Below are positions 1-12,509 of a stretch of DNA of 38,995 nt, one piece after another (position 1 is the stretch's first letter; the number at the start of each line of letters is the position of its first letter). The DNA comes from Paraglomus brasilianum (lineage: Eukaryota), in contig CAJVPI010000248.1 in NCBI GenBank assembly GCA_910592345.1, forward strand, positions 1 to 38,995. Reading direction: 5' to 3'. The notes beneath the pieces are model-generated. The model was not told the DNA's origin. It searched no databases and was given only the letters and a program-made list of their open reading frames with translations. Position numbers and translations under genes: made by a program.

Positions 1-459
1 TTTATTGTTCTATCAAAACTCTGCTAAATTTGCTTTTATAGCCTTTCCTCTAATTTTCGCTTTGCTTAATCTATAAATGTTTCACGTGGATTGACATTTG
101 GAAAACGTTGAGATAACCTGCCATTAAAACTAGTGTCAATCCAGTCAGATGAGAGTCCCACTAATCACGCGTTTAAACCAGCATTATTATTATTATTATG
201 CTAATCCGTTTAATAACGGATGGGAAAGGACGATTAAATTATTCGACAGGATGAGAATAGTCTGGTAATTTTCCATCTCGGAATATTATAATAATCCCTG
301 CATACTAATACCGTGCCAGATATGGAATGTTTTACTGTATTATTTGTAAAAACTACGTCACCAATACAGTTATTGGGAGAGTCGCACGGTGGCAATTAGT
401 GCAATAATGACCTGTTCGCCAACTTTAAGATCACTTTAGATTGTAGCTTATAGACAATA

Positions 460-3400
460 ATGGACAAGAACAAAAAAGACCCTCGGTACAGAAAATACGA
501 GTCGCAGATAGAGAGAACGCTATCCTCGTTCGAAAAAGAGATCAACGAATGGGCCGATTTCATTACATTCCTCGATAAACTGTTAAAGGTAACTGCTGGT
601 GATCTCAACAATCGATGTTCCAATGTGCTATCAATCATCTCAATTTCTATACAGTCTAATTCGAATATCACTTGACAGACGTTCAAAACTTATTCCGATA
701 TCCCAGTAATACCGCGGAAACTCGTAGTCGCAAAGCGTCTTGCACAATCAATGAATCCCGCCCTTCCCCCCGGTATACATCAAAGAGCACTTGAAGTCTA
801 CAAGAATATATTTAGTATTATATCTACAGATCAACTGGCAGATGATCTGCCAATTTATTCGCAAGGATTATTCCCATTTCTCCAACATGCTGCCACAAAA
901 GTAAAGGTATGCTATTACGATATATATACATATATGCGTATATGAGTGGGCATCAATAGGCTTCTGCACTTGTAACTTTTTCAAAGCTTGCGACCGATTG
1001 TCTTGTCATTACCACAAGATAAAAATGCTGATTATATATATGCACATTACAGCCATCATTACTAGAACTGTTTGAGAAATATTACCTACCGTTAGGAGGG
1101 CGACTACGACCAGTAATGAAGGCGTTTATTACTGCACTGCTTCCCGGTTTGGAGGAAAAAGGCAGCGAATCTTTTGACAAGGTGGATCGGAAATTTTAAC
1201 TTTGATGAGAAAATTTTGTCTATGATGTCAACAATCAATCAAGTATTTTAGGTACTAATAACGTCTATATTATCTAGGTGCTTTCTTTGCTCAATGCTCT
1301 ATCAGCATGTGTGGAACTGAGCTATTTTCTTCAGAGCATGTGGCTAGCCATGATTACATCTCCTTCGTTGCGAGGACCTGCATTGGAGTACTTGTCGCGA
1401 AGAATGCCCAAGATAGCTTCGAGAGAAGGTAAACTAACGATGTTACTTTTATGCTACTGTACTGTTATTGGGTTACCTGTCTTATTGTATTATCCTTTCC
1501 ATATGAGACGTGGCAATGATGTTGGGCGATGATGCTGGAATCATGGTCAGAGCATTTGCTGCAACTCTCGGTGATGAAAAAGATCTGATCAAAAGAGAGT
1601 TACTACAGCTACTAGTTGAATTCTTTCCATTGAAGAATAAGAATGCTGGAGAGTGAGTATTTTAGGATGATTAGTAGGATTTAGCCATACTAGAAATTTA
1701 TTTTTCTCCCCAAGTTTACACTGTTTGATTTTATCCTCCCTTTCTTAGCTGCATTCTCTAACACATTGTTATTTATAAGAGTTTTGGATCAAGATGATCT
1801 CATATTGCTCATGAAATCAGCTATAGCAGTTGTCTTGCGGAAAGAAATGTCACTCAACAAGAGATTATACAATTGGTTATTGGGTCCTGAGGATAATGAA
1901 GACAGAGTACAGTACTTTGAGGAATACGGAAAGGCTGCAGCAGTTGCGGCATTAAAGGTATATAGCTGGCTTTGAATTGCAATAAGATCTGTAATCGAGT
2001 ATTGACAATATGCAAATTTTGCCTTTTGTTTTTTGTACCGTACCAGTCTTGTTTCTTTTCAAAAACAAAAGGTCTAGCTACGGCTCAACAACCATACAAG
2101 ATGCTTATATCTCTAATGGATAAGTGGGAAATCGGGTATCCCATTGTACAAGAACTGTTAATTGACGTGCTAGTATCACTTAGATCACATGTACAGAATT
2201 CAGAATTTGGAACGGATGTAAGTCTGATTGTTTGTGTGTGTAAGTTGAAGTACCGTTTAACATAATCTAATACCATTGAATGCTCATTGATTTTAAGCTT
2301 TTACAAACAGCCAATATGTTCTTAGAGATGGTTCCCCCTTATTTGATATGGATGAAGCTATATGCATTGGTTATGGATCATTTCCCAAGCAATGATGGCA
2401 AAGACACTGAGGTTTGCATATGAAACCAAAATTATTGATTGGGATGTACAATCTTTAAATATTGCCAAATATTCTATTCACAGGCCTTGGATTTAGTTGA
2501 TTTTATTTTGACATCGTTAACATTACACGAAGAAGAAATACAACAAATACATCTACCCATGTTTTTGACAGCTCTACTTTGCAAGGCGGAGGTATGTACG
2601 ACTATTTATATAATATTATATTCCTCAGTGTAATTGACTTTTTTTTTCCCCCACTTTTTACTCTAGTCGTTAGCAAATAGTACGGACTTTACTTCTTATA
2701 TCTCACAAATAGAATCAGCACTCCGTCTTGCCCTTGATTTACTCAAACGTATTCCGCGCTATGTATTTCAACAATCAAGACACATTCAGGAGCCTAATGG
2801 AACCTTCAGAAGTAGTACACCACGACCGCCAAATAGTGCGGATCAGGGTGACGCTCAGATAGCATACTTTGTACACGGGACAGACGCAGTAAAATACGTA
2901 AATGATTTTTACATGTATAAGACAGAATCAGCCAATGGAACTCAATTTGCCAGTATTAATGGAATAGAATTTATTGGTGAGCTGCTAAAAGCAGTACAGG
3001 GATTTTTAGAGAGAGTAATTACCAGATGTATTATATGCGAAGGGGAAACAATAGATCCGGAAGCAGTTTCAACAATACTAGAGCAGGGATGTACTCTAAT
3101 CAGAGAAATATCAGAACATTTTGCAATCAATCTCCACAAGCAACAGTCGACCATTCATGAACCGACAACCAACCAAATACGCATGATCAAAGATTCATAC
3201 TCGATATCTTCGGCATGGATATCTGCACTGCTTAAATGCTGCTACAAAGTCGACAACTTTGATATCATCGATTCATCATTATCCACAATAATCGATCTGA
3301 TTACTAATGAAACGCTGTTATCACCAGAAATTCTCGAGCCCAAACATCAAACGCGTCTGATAGTCTCGAAGCTATGGTCATTCTTATCTCCAGATAACTT

Positions 3401-6400
3401 GGTGTACCACTGTAGATCAGTAGAGCTGATATGGTTGCTACATAAAATATCTCCGGCAAGATACGTTGAATCTATTATATCGGAATATCTCATTGAAAAA
3501 GATACTCAACAGAGGACGCAATCGTACGAGCGTTTTGGCGTATTCTGGAAATTGTCTGAAAATCACTTGGATCTAAGCACTGAATTTCAGCAACCAACGT
3601 TCTTAATGTTGGACACGCTGCGAGACAAGACTCCAGCGAATCGCAGAGCGGGAGAGAGTTGGATGAGGAGTAATCATCTGTCTTACATTAAACTAATAAG
3701 CCCGATATTAAATATTCTGTGCGATTGTGAGATCCAACACTATACATCATCCAGCGCTCAATCGGATGGAGAGAATACGACTATATTTTATCAACGACCA
3801 TTTAGTCAGGCACAAGTAAACTATGCATTTGAGACATTGATTGCCATATGCAAAGTGGGTGGAAGTGGATTTTTAAAGTCGCTTCGAAACTCTGTTGCCA
3901 TAGGCCGAGAGTCGGATACAGTGTCAAAATGGAGTCAAGAGTTCTTTATCGTCGGAACTAGTTATACAAACGTATTAATTAAGCTAGCCATAAGATTCAT
4001 TGAAGCAGAATTTGACGAGCAGAGCGACGAAGAACAAAAGAGGTGGAATGAGTGTATTCATATGCATGCGACAGACTTTTTGAATTTACTGCTAACCAAA
4101 CCGATCGATTCCGATATGTTATACTTTATACATGATAAAGTGTTGGAAAAGATGTTATTCTGTATTGAAATGAACATGCTTGATCTCCAAGCACGACTAT
4201 TGCACGTACTGCACTCGACTGTCATGACCTCATCGGCGGCGTCGACAAAGACACCTAATGGTTCGCATGGGATGCCAAAGCGTACTCTGTCTGAATCATC
4301 TCAGTTCTTGGACAGTCCTTTGACTGCTTCCGAGGACAGCAAAGAGAAAATGACCGTATCATCGCCATTATTCGTGAAAGTAATAATATTAGCGTTATCA
4401 AGACCATCAAATAGACCCTTGCTGCAACAGTGGATGGATTTCATTCTTACTTCTCTTCCCTGTTTCAAAGGGTTGTTCAACACAGTACTAGTACCTGTAA
4501 TGCAGTGTATATGCGAACAATTGACTAGATGGAATACAGATATGAACGAAACATATGCAAGTGCATTTGTATCATTATCGAAAAAGACGGTAAAAAATTC
4601 TAATGGAAATGCCAGCGAAGATGCATCCGAACAATTGACATCCAGTCATGTAACTTTGTCTCAGACAAGTGATTGGGATTGTGTATGCTTATTGAATGGT
4701 TTGGAGAGAATAGTAATGTTTTGTTTGACTGATAATGTTGGGTGGGATGAAAACGATGGCATCAACACGCCCATTACACCAAGTGGTGGAGGCTTGAGTA
4801 ACATAGTTACCGGAGTATTTGGATTTGATACGCCTACGGAAGTTGTTTCATCCGAGCACAAGGTATACTAGTTGCATCATAAATATTTAACGTTGAGATG
4901 GCACGTTTGCTAATCGGCAAAGTTGTCGAATATCATATGACTTTTCTAGCCGCGTGACTACGTTCTCTTCTACGTCTTCCCCAGCATCGCGTCCATTATC
5001 CTCGATATATGGTCGTTATCCAAAGCATACTCTTTTCCTCGGCCATCCAAGATTGCGGTAGATCCATTCCATTTATCATTTTTGCACATGTGTGATAAAG
5101 TGAAGGCAAGCATACGCAAATTGCTTGAAAAACTATACAAGAACCAAAAACCTGAATTACTCGAGGCATTTGTCGAGTTGTGGTTTATTAATTCGAGTGG
5201 AATAGATGGACCTGAGGTATGTTGTCAAGGGGAATTGACATAATCAGCAGCAGCTACAAAAAAGACCTGTAAACGTAATAACCGGGGCATTTGTTGGTTA
5301 GGATCAGCATAGTAACGAAGGGACGACTGCTGTCGTCGAAGTTTTAAGGCACATACCCAGCTGCACTACACAAAAAGTCATTATCACTTTACTAGAAAGT
5401 GCACGATCGAGATCATCTGGACTTGCAATACCAAGAACGAAACGACCTTTTGCCAAGTCTAGTAGACTGTATGATATTTTAGATATTTGGACTGTATCTG
5501 TGCTACGACTTTTCGTTTATCGCCTCTTATCAAACTTTTTTTTATCCTGGCCACGTACGGCTTATTCCTCACACACCAATTTGACAGTTCGGACGTGCTT
5601 ATACTAAGGTTCTTAGAAACATATTGCGAGAATCTGGATCAATACGATGCTTTAGTAGAAGTTTGGCCGTACTGCTTGGCATATTCGAAAGATATAATTT
5701 CACAAGCAAATGGATATAAATATCTTTTCCCATCGCTTATGAGGTTCATTCATTCTGTCGTTGACAAGTTGACCACCACTTCATGCTTTGAAGATAGAAA
5801 GATGAGGAAAGATATGCAGGTTTGTTTTGTGCTGGGTGGTGAGAATATTGTAGGGAATGTCAAATGAGACAATGTAGGACTACAAAGTTGGTTTTTTTTT
5901 TACGATAGGATAATTATCAACGCGTTTTGGAGAATTGTATATTTATTGCCGGGAAATCGTTCGATCAAGGCCTTTGGATCAGGCGATCGACTCGCGATGA
6001 GGAGGAGACGAGCGAGAGTCTGGATGGTAATTGACTGTTTTGTTTCAAATAATGATACCCGAATTAGCCAGTCATTAATGCAAGCGTTTGCGTTGTTTAG
6101 GCTCAGAGAATAAAGATTCTGATTTCAATCGCTCTAGCACTCCAATGTTGGACGAAAAGAAATTGTCATCCAGATCTAAAGAAGAAATTTTAATTGATAA
6201 GGTTCGTGCTGTATAAACTTGCACTTATTATCTATAATTATCATTTGGGTATCTTTGTGCCTTGTTAACTGAATGAGATGACTTTTATTATCCACTCACA
6301 TAGGTCAATCAACACTTGGCAAGTGTTATCATTCCCAATATCAGACGTTTAATACAAGATCAGGCAGGAATAAATCAAATGATATACAATATGATGTATT

Positions 6401-7944
6401 ATGTAATAACTCCTGCGCTAAAAAGTCGTGGAAGGTAGGGATTTTTTACGAATTGTAACTATTACAGTAAACGTATGGGCTGATCAAGTTGATATCGTCT
6501 CTAGTACAAGTGGTAATCGCGTGATCCTCGATCAGCTTGTCGAAATATCAAAGATTACCTTTGCTAGCAAATGGCGGAAAGAAGTATGGGAATTCTTTAT
6601 GGACAATCGTTTTTTCAACATGGGGCGAAATGCATCCAAAAAGTGGCAAACAATTGTACAGACTATTATGTTGTCTGAAAAAGAGCGATTTGCTGAAATA
6701 TTGGGTAATTATCGGTTTCTTAATTTATTGACGCGCTAGACTCGTATGACAATAGTTAAATCGACATTTATAGTGAATATCACTCTAAGTAGTTCCATTC
6801 TATCCCCCCGTTGTTGCTAACCATTTCAATAGGTCGTATTTCAACGTCTCCAGCTAATGGCCTCTTTATGAGCAAAGATCAAGAAACATTAAACCGAGCA
6901 TTAAATCTTCGGAGGCTCTCGTATATAATTTATTCCGGCAAGGTAGACCAATATAGTCTACAGTTGCCTAGTGTGCAAGAAAAATTAGTCGAATTGCTAA
7001 AATTAGAACAAACAGAATTGGTTCACGTGGAGGTTAGTTTCCTGTGACTTTGTACATCGTTGTCTTTCATTTCTGACTATAAATCATGTGCTCCTTTTTT
7101 AGATATACTTGTGTCTACGAATATTACTTTTGAGACTGTCAAAGAAGCCATTGTCAACATTCTGGCCCATTATATTGACGGAATTGGTAAATATCACTTT
7201 TAGTTCACATATCAGTTTTGCGCCGTCAATTCTATTCCTACATGTTATTAATCATCTGATAAATAGGTGCGCCTATTTGGATCATTCTTGCAAAAAATTG
7301 ACGATCGGCCAGAAACAGCAAACATTTTCTTGGCCGCATGTAAATTCTTGGATTTATTGTTCGTTCTTCGAAACGATGATTTTCAAGTGTAAGCATAAGA
7401 TTTCTGTTAACTATTCAGATAATGGATAATTCAACGTCAATTTGCTTACATGCCCTCCTTTCATACAGATATGAATGGATATTCATCAGAGACACTATCG
7501 ATGTTATAAACCATTCATTGGAATGGTCACCGTATGCATTGATGGATAGATTGGGTGAAAAATTCGAAGATGGCCAACATGATGTAAGATTGCTCCTACC
7601 TTTTCTATGCAGCAGTTGAGTCAATGACCGTTCTCTTGCTCTGTTGCTTATCCTGTTTTATATTTCTCGTTTCACAGAATTATCATGTTCCCATACATCC
7701 AAATACGTCAGTGATTTCACCGTCTAAAGGTGAATTCAAGCGTCCAATGCTCACCGTGAAATCTATTGCGAGCATACGGCAATTATCTTTCTTTGTTCGA
7801 CATATCTCTCTCTACGTCTATCAATCAACCTACACTCTGGCTAAACCCGATTTAGCATATATCGAACATTTACTAGAGAATGACCTGTTAGAGGGTGGGG
7901 ATGGGGAAGATGGTAATGCTTTGGGAGTCAATCAGGATGCGTAG
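460..7944 (+). CDS. DOP1: Dopey family protein (Golgi/endosome trafficking), multi-exon
   Basis: Spliced N-terminus reads DPRYRKYESQIERTLSSFE..EWADFITFLDKLLK|..KRLAQSMNPALPPGIHQRALEVY..LLPGLEE..LRKEMSLNKRLYNWLLG, matching the Dopey_N signature. The C-terminal region has LNLRRLSYIIYSGKVDQY..FWPIILTEL. One long exon covers about 2667-4863. Stop TAG at 7942-7944. The true start could lie in a small upstream exon. Confidence 0.93.
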
Positions 7945-8116
7945 GGGTGTGTTGTAGAGATATTAGATTGGGACGGGAAACGCTAAGGAAAGAGCGGATT
8001 AGAACTTTATGTAACATTTAATTCCTTATATAATAATATTACAAGTACCGTGACAAAAACATTAGGGTTAAAATAAAGATGCTTTTCGATAGAATTCTTT
8101 GAAAATATCATGAAGT

Positions 8117-8218
8117 AATAATAAATAATAATAATAACCATAACATTAACTTACTAACAGTAACAATAACAACAATAGTAATGAAAGTAGTAATACTAAT
8201 AGTAAATTAATAAAATAA
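8117..8218. repeat. Low-complexity (AAT/AAC/AGT)n-like tract
   Basis: Imperfect taa/caa/tag trinucleotide run between the DOP1 3' end and the 5S gene. Confidence 0.6.
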
Positions 8219-8317
8219 GTTTTTGGAATGTAAACCATTTATTTAATTTGCGGAAAATGTAACTTTATTCCATACAGTTTTTTTTTGGTTCAAATATATT
8301 CTCGTAACAAACCCATC

Positions 8318-8435
8318 AGCTACGGCCATACACAGTGAAAAGCACCGGAACCCGTCCGATCTCCGCAGTTAAGCCACTGGTGGCCTGGTCAGTACTACGG
8401 TTGGGGACAACGTGGGAATACCAGGTGCCGTAGCT
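8318..8435 (+). rRNA. 5S ribosomal RNA gene (solitary copy)
   Basis: 118 nt. The 5' AGCTACGGC pairs with the 3' GCCGTAGCT (helix I). Conserved 5S motifs GGCCATAC, CCCGTCCGATCT, AGTTAAGC, AGTACTA and TGGGAATAC are present, plus a CCTGGT/ACCAGG helix. Followed by TTTT (8435-8438); TATA-like AAATATATT lies at about -26 to -18. Confidence 0.96.
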
Positions 8436-8964
8436 TTTGCCGCGTGACAAATTTACTATCATGTGATCTCAAGCTAATGTCTTATTCACCTTTTGATACG
8501 AATTTCTTCTTCGGTGTCTCTTTCTAGTATTGATATTGTATTCGATAAACTGGTTGACGTAAGTTCAAGAAGATAGAAAGTAAAATGGACGGAAGAACTA
8601 TCGCGAGGAACCTTTATTCGCACAACTTTCCAACCTTGGATAAAATTTAACTCTTGTTTGGACATATCAGGCGACTCTAATACTATAACGATAACGATAC
8701 AATACCGTGCTGTCTCATGGCGAGGTAACCCAGCAACCTACGCGTCAGTCTTACATGAAAGCGGCAGGGATCTATGAACAACGCGATGATTCCGTGGGTT
8801 GGACGTAAGAGCAAATATTTGATGTATCGTAAGTTAGTGTTTTTACTTGGGAGATGGTTGAAACAAATCTCTTTGTATTTTTTCAGATAAAATATATTCG
8901 GCCGTGTCCAACCCAGCCATTCGCCTACATCGATTTGAACACAATAATTAGAAAAGAATGGCAA

Positions 8965-9013
8965 GGTTGCGACCCGCGACCCCGAAAAAAAAAATGGTTG
9001 CGACCCGCGACCC
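8965..9013. repeat. Direct repeat of GGTTGCGACCCGCGACCC (2 copies, 31-bp period, poly-A spacer)
   Basis: Identical 18-mers at 8965-8982 and 8996-9013, each with an internal GCGACCC duplication. Confidence 0.85.
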
Positions 9014-9900
9014 ACAATGCAAATAAAATAAAATGGGTACTTGGTTTTTTACTTGCACACCTGATTTTTTACTATGAACGCGTTGTCTCATATTTCTTCT
9101 TCATCTATAAGGACATTCCTCCAACCAATGCAATCATCCTCGTGCACCCAAAAATGGACCTTAAATCTGGGATACTTGCCACGTTGCAGAGTCGCGTGGA
9201 ACAGTAAGATGAATTCTACATCGATCTGTCCAAAGTCCCCAGCTCTAAAGCAGCCATAATAGTTGCAGTTACCAACAACGAATCTTATTTGATATATCAA
9301 ACTTTAGTTCAACTCTTCTTGGATCTCTTACACTTGTCAACTACTTTATTTCCACAATCCTCAATACAACGTCTACAGGCTCTTTTCTTCCAAGTGTTCA
9401 TAGTTTAAGCAGTAAAATTGTGCACATTATGCAAAGTAAGAATGCGTCCTTAAGTTATTAATAACTTCGTCAACACACTAATACCAACGCTTGTTAATCT
9501 GCGAAGAATGCATTTTAAAACTTCACTTGTATGCTAAAGATAATATATTAATGATAGTCTCGATGGATGAAATCAAGTAGCCAATCAAAAAGTCTCTGGA
9601 CTTCGTGTCATGGATTGATGTCTTCGCAGATGAATGAGGTTGTGTTGATTTCAACCCTATCACTCTAAATTTGTCATACTGTCAAATTTGAATAGAATAA
9701 TCCTTCCTTTAATACATATTTCTGCATACATCAATGATATTGCGTTGACAAATATCAGCTGCTAAATATTTGTTGCTAAATATTCATTAGGTTCTTTTAT
9801 TCTCCAAGTTTTGCAATAATTTTTTTTCAAGACTTAGGATACATCGAACCACCAACTTTTAAGAAATGAAATAATTCAGTTTGTTAAATTAATTTAATCA

Positions 9901-12509
9901 TTATTTTCTCTCAATGGCAGCCACTTCGTATAGGTATGCCCCAAGAAGTTTAGTTCCACTGACAAGGTTTGATTTGTCAAGCTTTTCATTGATAGAATGT
10001 GCACCCTGAATGAATAAACATACATTTAGTGTTATCCCTTATGAAAATAATATATAAACCAACTCAAACTCAATATTCATGTTTTGCACTTACATCATCC
10101 TTGTTTCCAAACAATGCAACAAGAAGAGTAAAGAAATTAGTATGATATGACTATACATCGTTTATGCATTTCAACCTAATCATGTTTACTTACCCCTCGG
10201 CCAACGGGTAGCAATAAGACATTTGTGTTCAATGCATCCTGGAAAGTAAGTGTTACAGGAATAGACCCTCCTTCTCTGGTAAGGTCAGGTTTCACGTTGA
10301 ACACAGTCTCAGTGGCCTTTGCAGCAGCAACTATTCAATAGTAATAAAACACAATTAATAATCAGAGAAACTGAGCTGCTACAAGTACAATTCATCCGAT
10401 TTACTAACCATAGTTCCAATGATCAGGATTTGAGACCCATGGCTTGGCTCCGTGGATACACTCAACAGTCATCTTGTTCTTGGTTCCCAATTTTGCAAAC
10501 TCATCATTTAGATACTTCGTGACGAGTTCGGTGATACGTTCGGGATCCATGTTTGGAACCGATCGAATAGAGAATTTTCCATGTACTTTCGCCGGAATTA
10601 CAGTTTTTGCACCCGGAGCTGAAAACGCTCCCTCAATGCCGTGGAGTGAAAGTGATGGATAGCGCCAGCTGGTTGCATAACAATGTTTGGATAAAATAGA
10701 ATTCCACTTGTTAAGTATTACAGCCAGGATGTATCGTACAAATTTGTTTTAGAATTCAGATCCAAATGTCAAAGTCTACACATGCGGATAATATTCGGAC
10801 ATGTAATCGCCTATTCGATGCATTTGATCCCATGCAAATAACGAATACCGAGCCTTACCGATACATTAGTGTCTCTGATTCGCTTGAATAAATAGAAGTA
10901 TCCGATTCAACTGCAGCATGAAGTTCGTGCATTTTAAAGTCAATCTTTCCATAGATAGCCTTTTCTTCCTCTATTGAAGCATTGTATTAAGCCAAACGTT
11001 CGTCAATTAATGATCGCTATGCACTATATGTACATTGTCGTAATTAACAAGCTCATACCGACCAGTCAATGCCGCCACATTATCGTAAATCCCGGGTACA
11101 AGAAGAGTACCATCTGGCTTAACAAGTTTACCCATCAAATAGGTTAAATCAGTCATTGGTTCGTAAACTGTACCACCAAATACACCAGAGTGAAGGTCTT
11201 TTCCAGGGCCGGAGACCGTCAGCTTGAAGTAAGATATGCCTGCAGAATGTGATATAGTGTTATCCATGCAGCTGGCGTTAAAACTGGGCAAATTACGTGT
11301 TCCAAGTGTTTACCTCGTAAGCCATAAGTCAGACAGGGCTTTGTTATTCCCAACCAATAATTGTCAGAAATACAGACTGCATCGACTCCTTTAAAGTATT
11401 TATCAGCCTCTTGTTGAATTAGTTCGTCGAGACCTTCCGATCCACTCTCCTCCATGCCTAATTGCAAAATGCATTATCCCAAAATAATGGATGATCTATT
11501 GTAACAACTATAATCATGTTATCAAAATCAAGTGTTACATGGCAGCAGCAAACCTTCAAAGCACATCTTCAAATTCACTGGTAACTCTAAACCCAATTTC
11601 TGGTGTGCCTCAATTATGTTGAACCATGTAAGTACAGGACCCTTATCATCGGTCGCTCCTCGTCCCATCAATCGACCGCTGCTGTCTTCGGTTAGCACCC
11701 AGGGATCGCTTGACCAACCATCTTCAAGCAGGGCCTTGTAGAGGAAATAAGGAGTCTCTTAATAACGTACACAAGATATAGCAATTGCTTTCCGGATCTC
11801 CTACTACTCACAGGTTGAACGTCATAATGTCCATAGACAAGGATAGTCGGCTTATTGGGATCATTGCCATATGTGCCTAGAATAATAGGCGGCAATTGGA
11901 GAGTCTTACCATCCAACTCTTGAGTTCCAACGTCACGAGCTTCATAACTTGCAGAATGATAAAACATATCAACTTTTTTGAAACTCATATACAACAAGTG
12001 ACATGAGCGTGTTAATACCTAATGCCAAGACTCTCGCACAGTTTTCCTAGATATTCTCCCATTTTGAATACATGCTCGCGGTAAGCTGCGTCGGAGCTCA
12101 CACTATTATTAATGAACAGTGCTTCGTTGTCATTTTTATGAAAATAGAATTATCTCTTCAGAATCACCCCCTGATACTATGACTGACGTATATGGTGTCA
12201 ATGGTATCTACTTCCATACTTTGCCAAGGTAACCAATTCAGAAACCTAAGCCAACGGAACTCCCGAAATTCCGTTCAAAGGGTAGACAGATAAAACGGTT
12301 CGTCTCGCGTTGACTCTTGTATGTGACTCTTGTGTATATATTTTCTCACGCCCACAAACACGAGGGTATATATGAGTATTTTATCCACTATTTAGAGTAA
12401 GCCGTAAAATCTACCTTGGTATAGCTACAGCTTCTCGAAGTCGTTGAACATAGTGTTCCTGGTTATTCTCGACGTATTCAAGGAATTTCTCCAAGTTGGT
12501 AGTTGCCAT
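9901..12509 (-). CDS. DUG1: M20 family Cys-Gly metallodipeptidase (Dug1/CNDP2), multi-exon including a 6-nt micro-exon
   Basis: Spliced protein: [121 protein letters not shown]. Stop TAA at 9901-9903. Confidence 0.96.

Noticed and set aside
250..264. Possible 15-nt upstream DOP1 exon (cag|GATGAGAATAGTCTG|gtaatt)
   Set aside because: The splice signals are plausible, but I could not link it to a start codon or to homology, so it is left out of the gene model.
8965..9013. Repeat-spacer-repeat pattern suggestive of CRISPR
   Set aside because: Only two 18-bp units with a poly-A spacer, in a eukaryotic context with no cas genes.
12103..12414. Long first intron of DUG1 (and CDC48 intron 1) as possible snoRNA hosts
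   Set aside because: I found no paired C box (RTGATGA) and D box (CTGA) on the sense strand.
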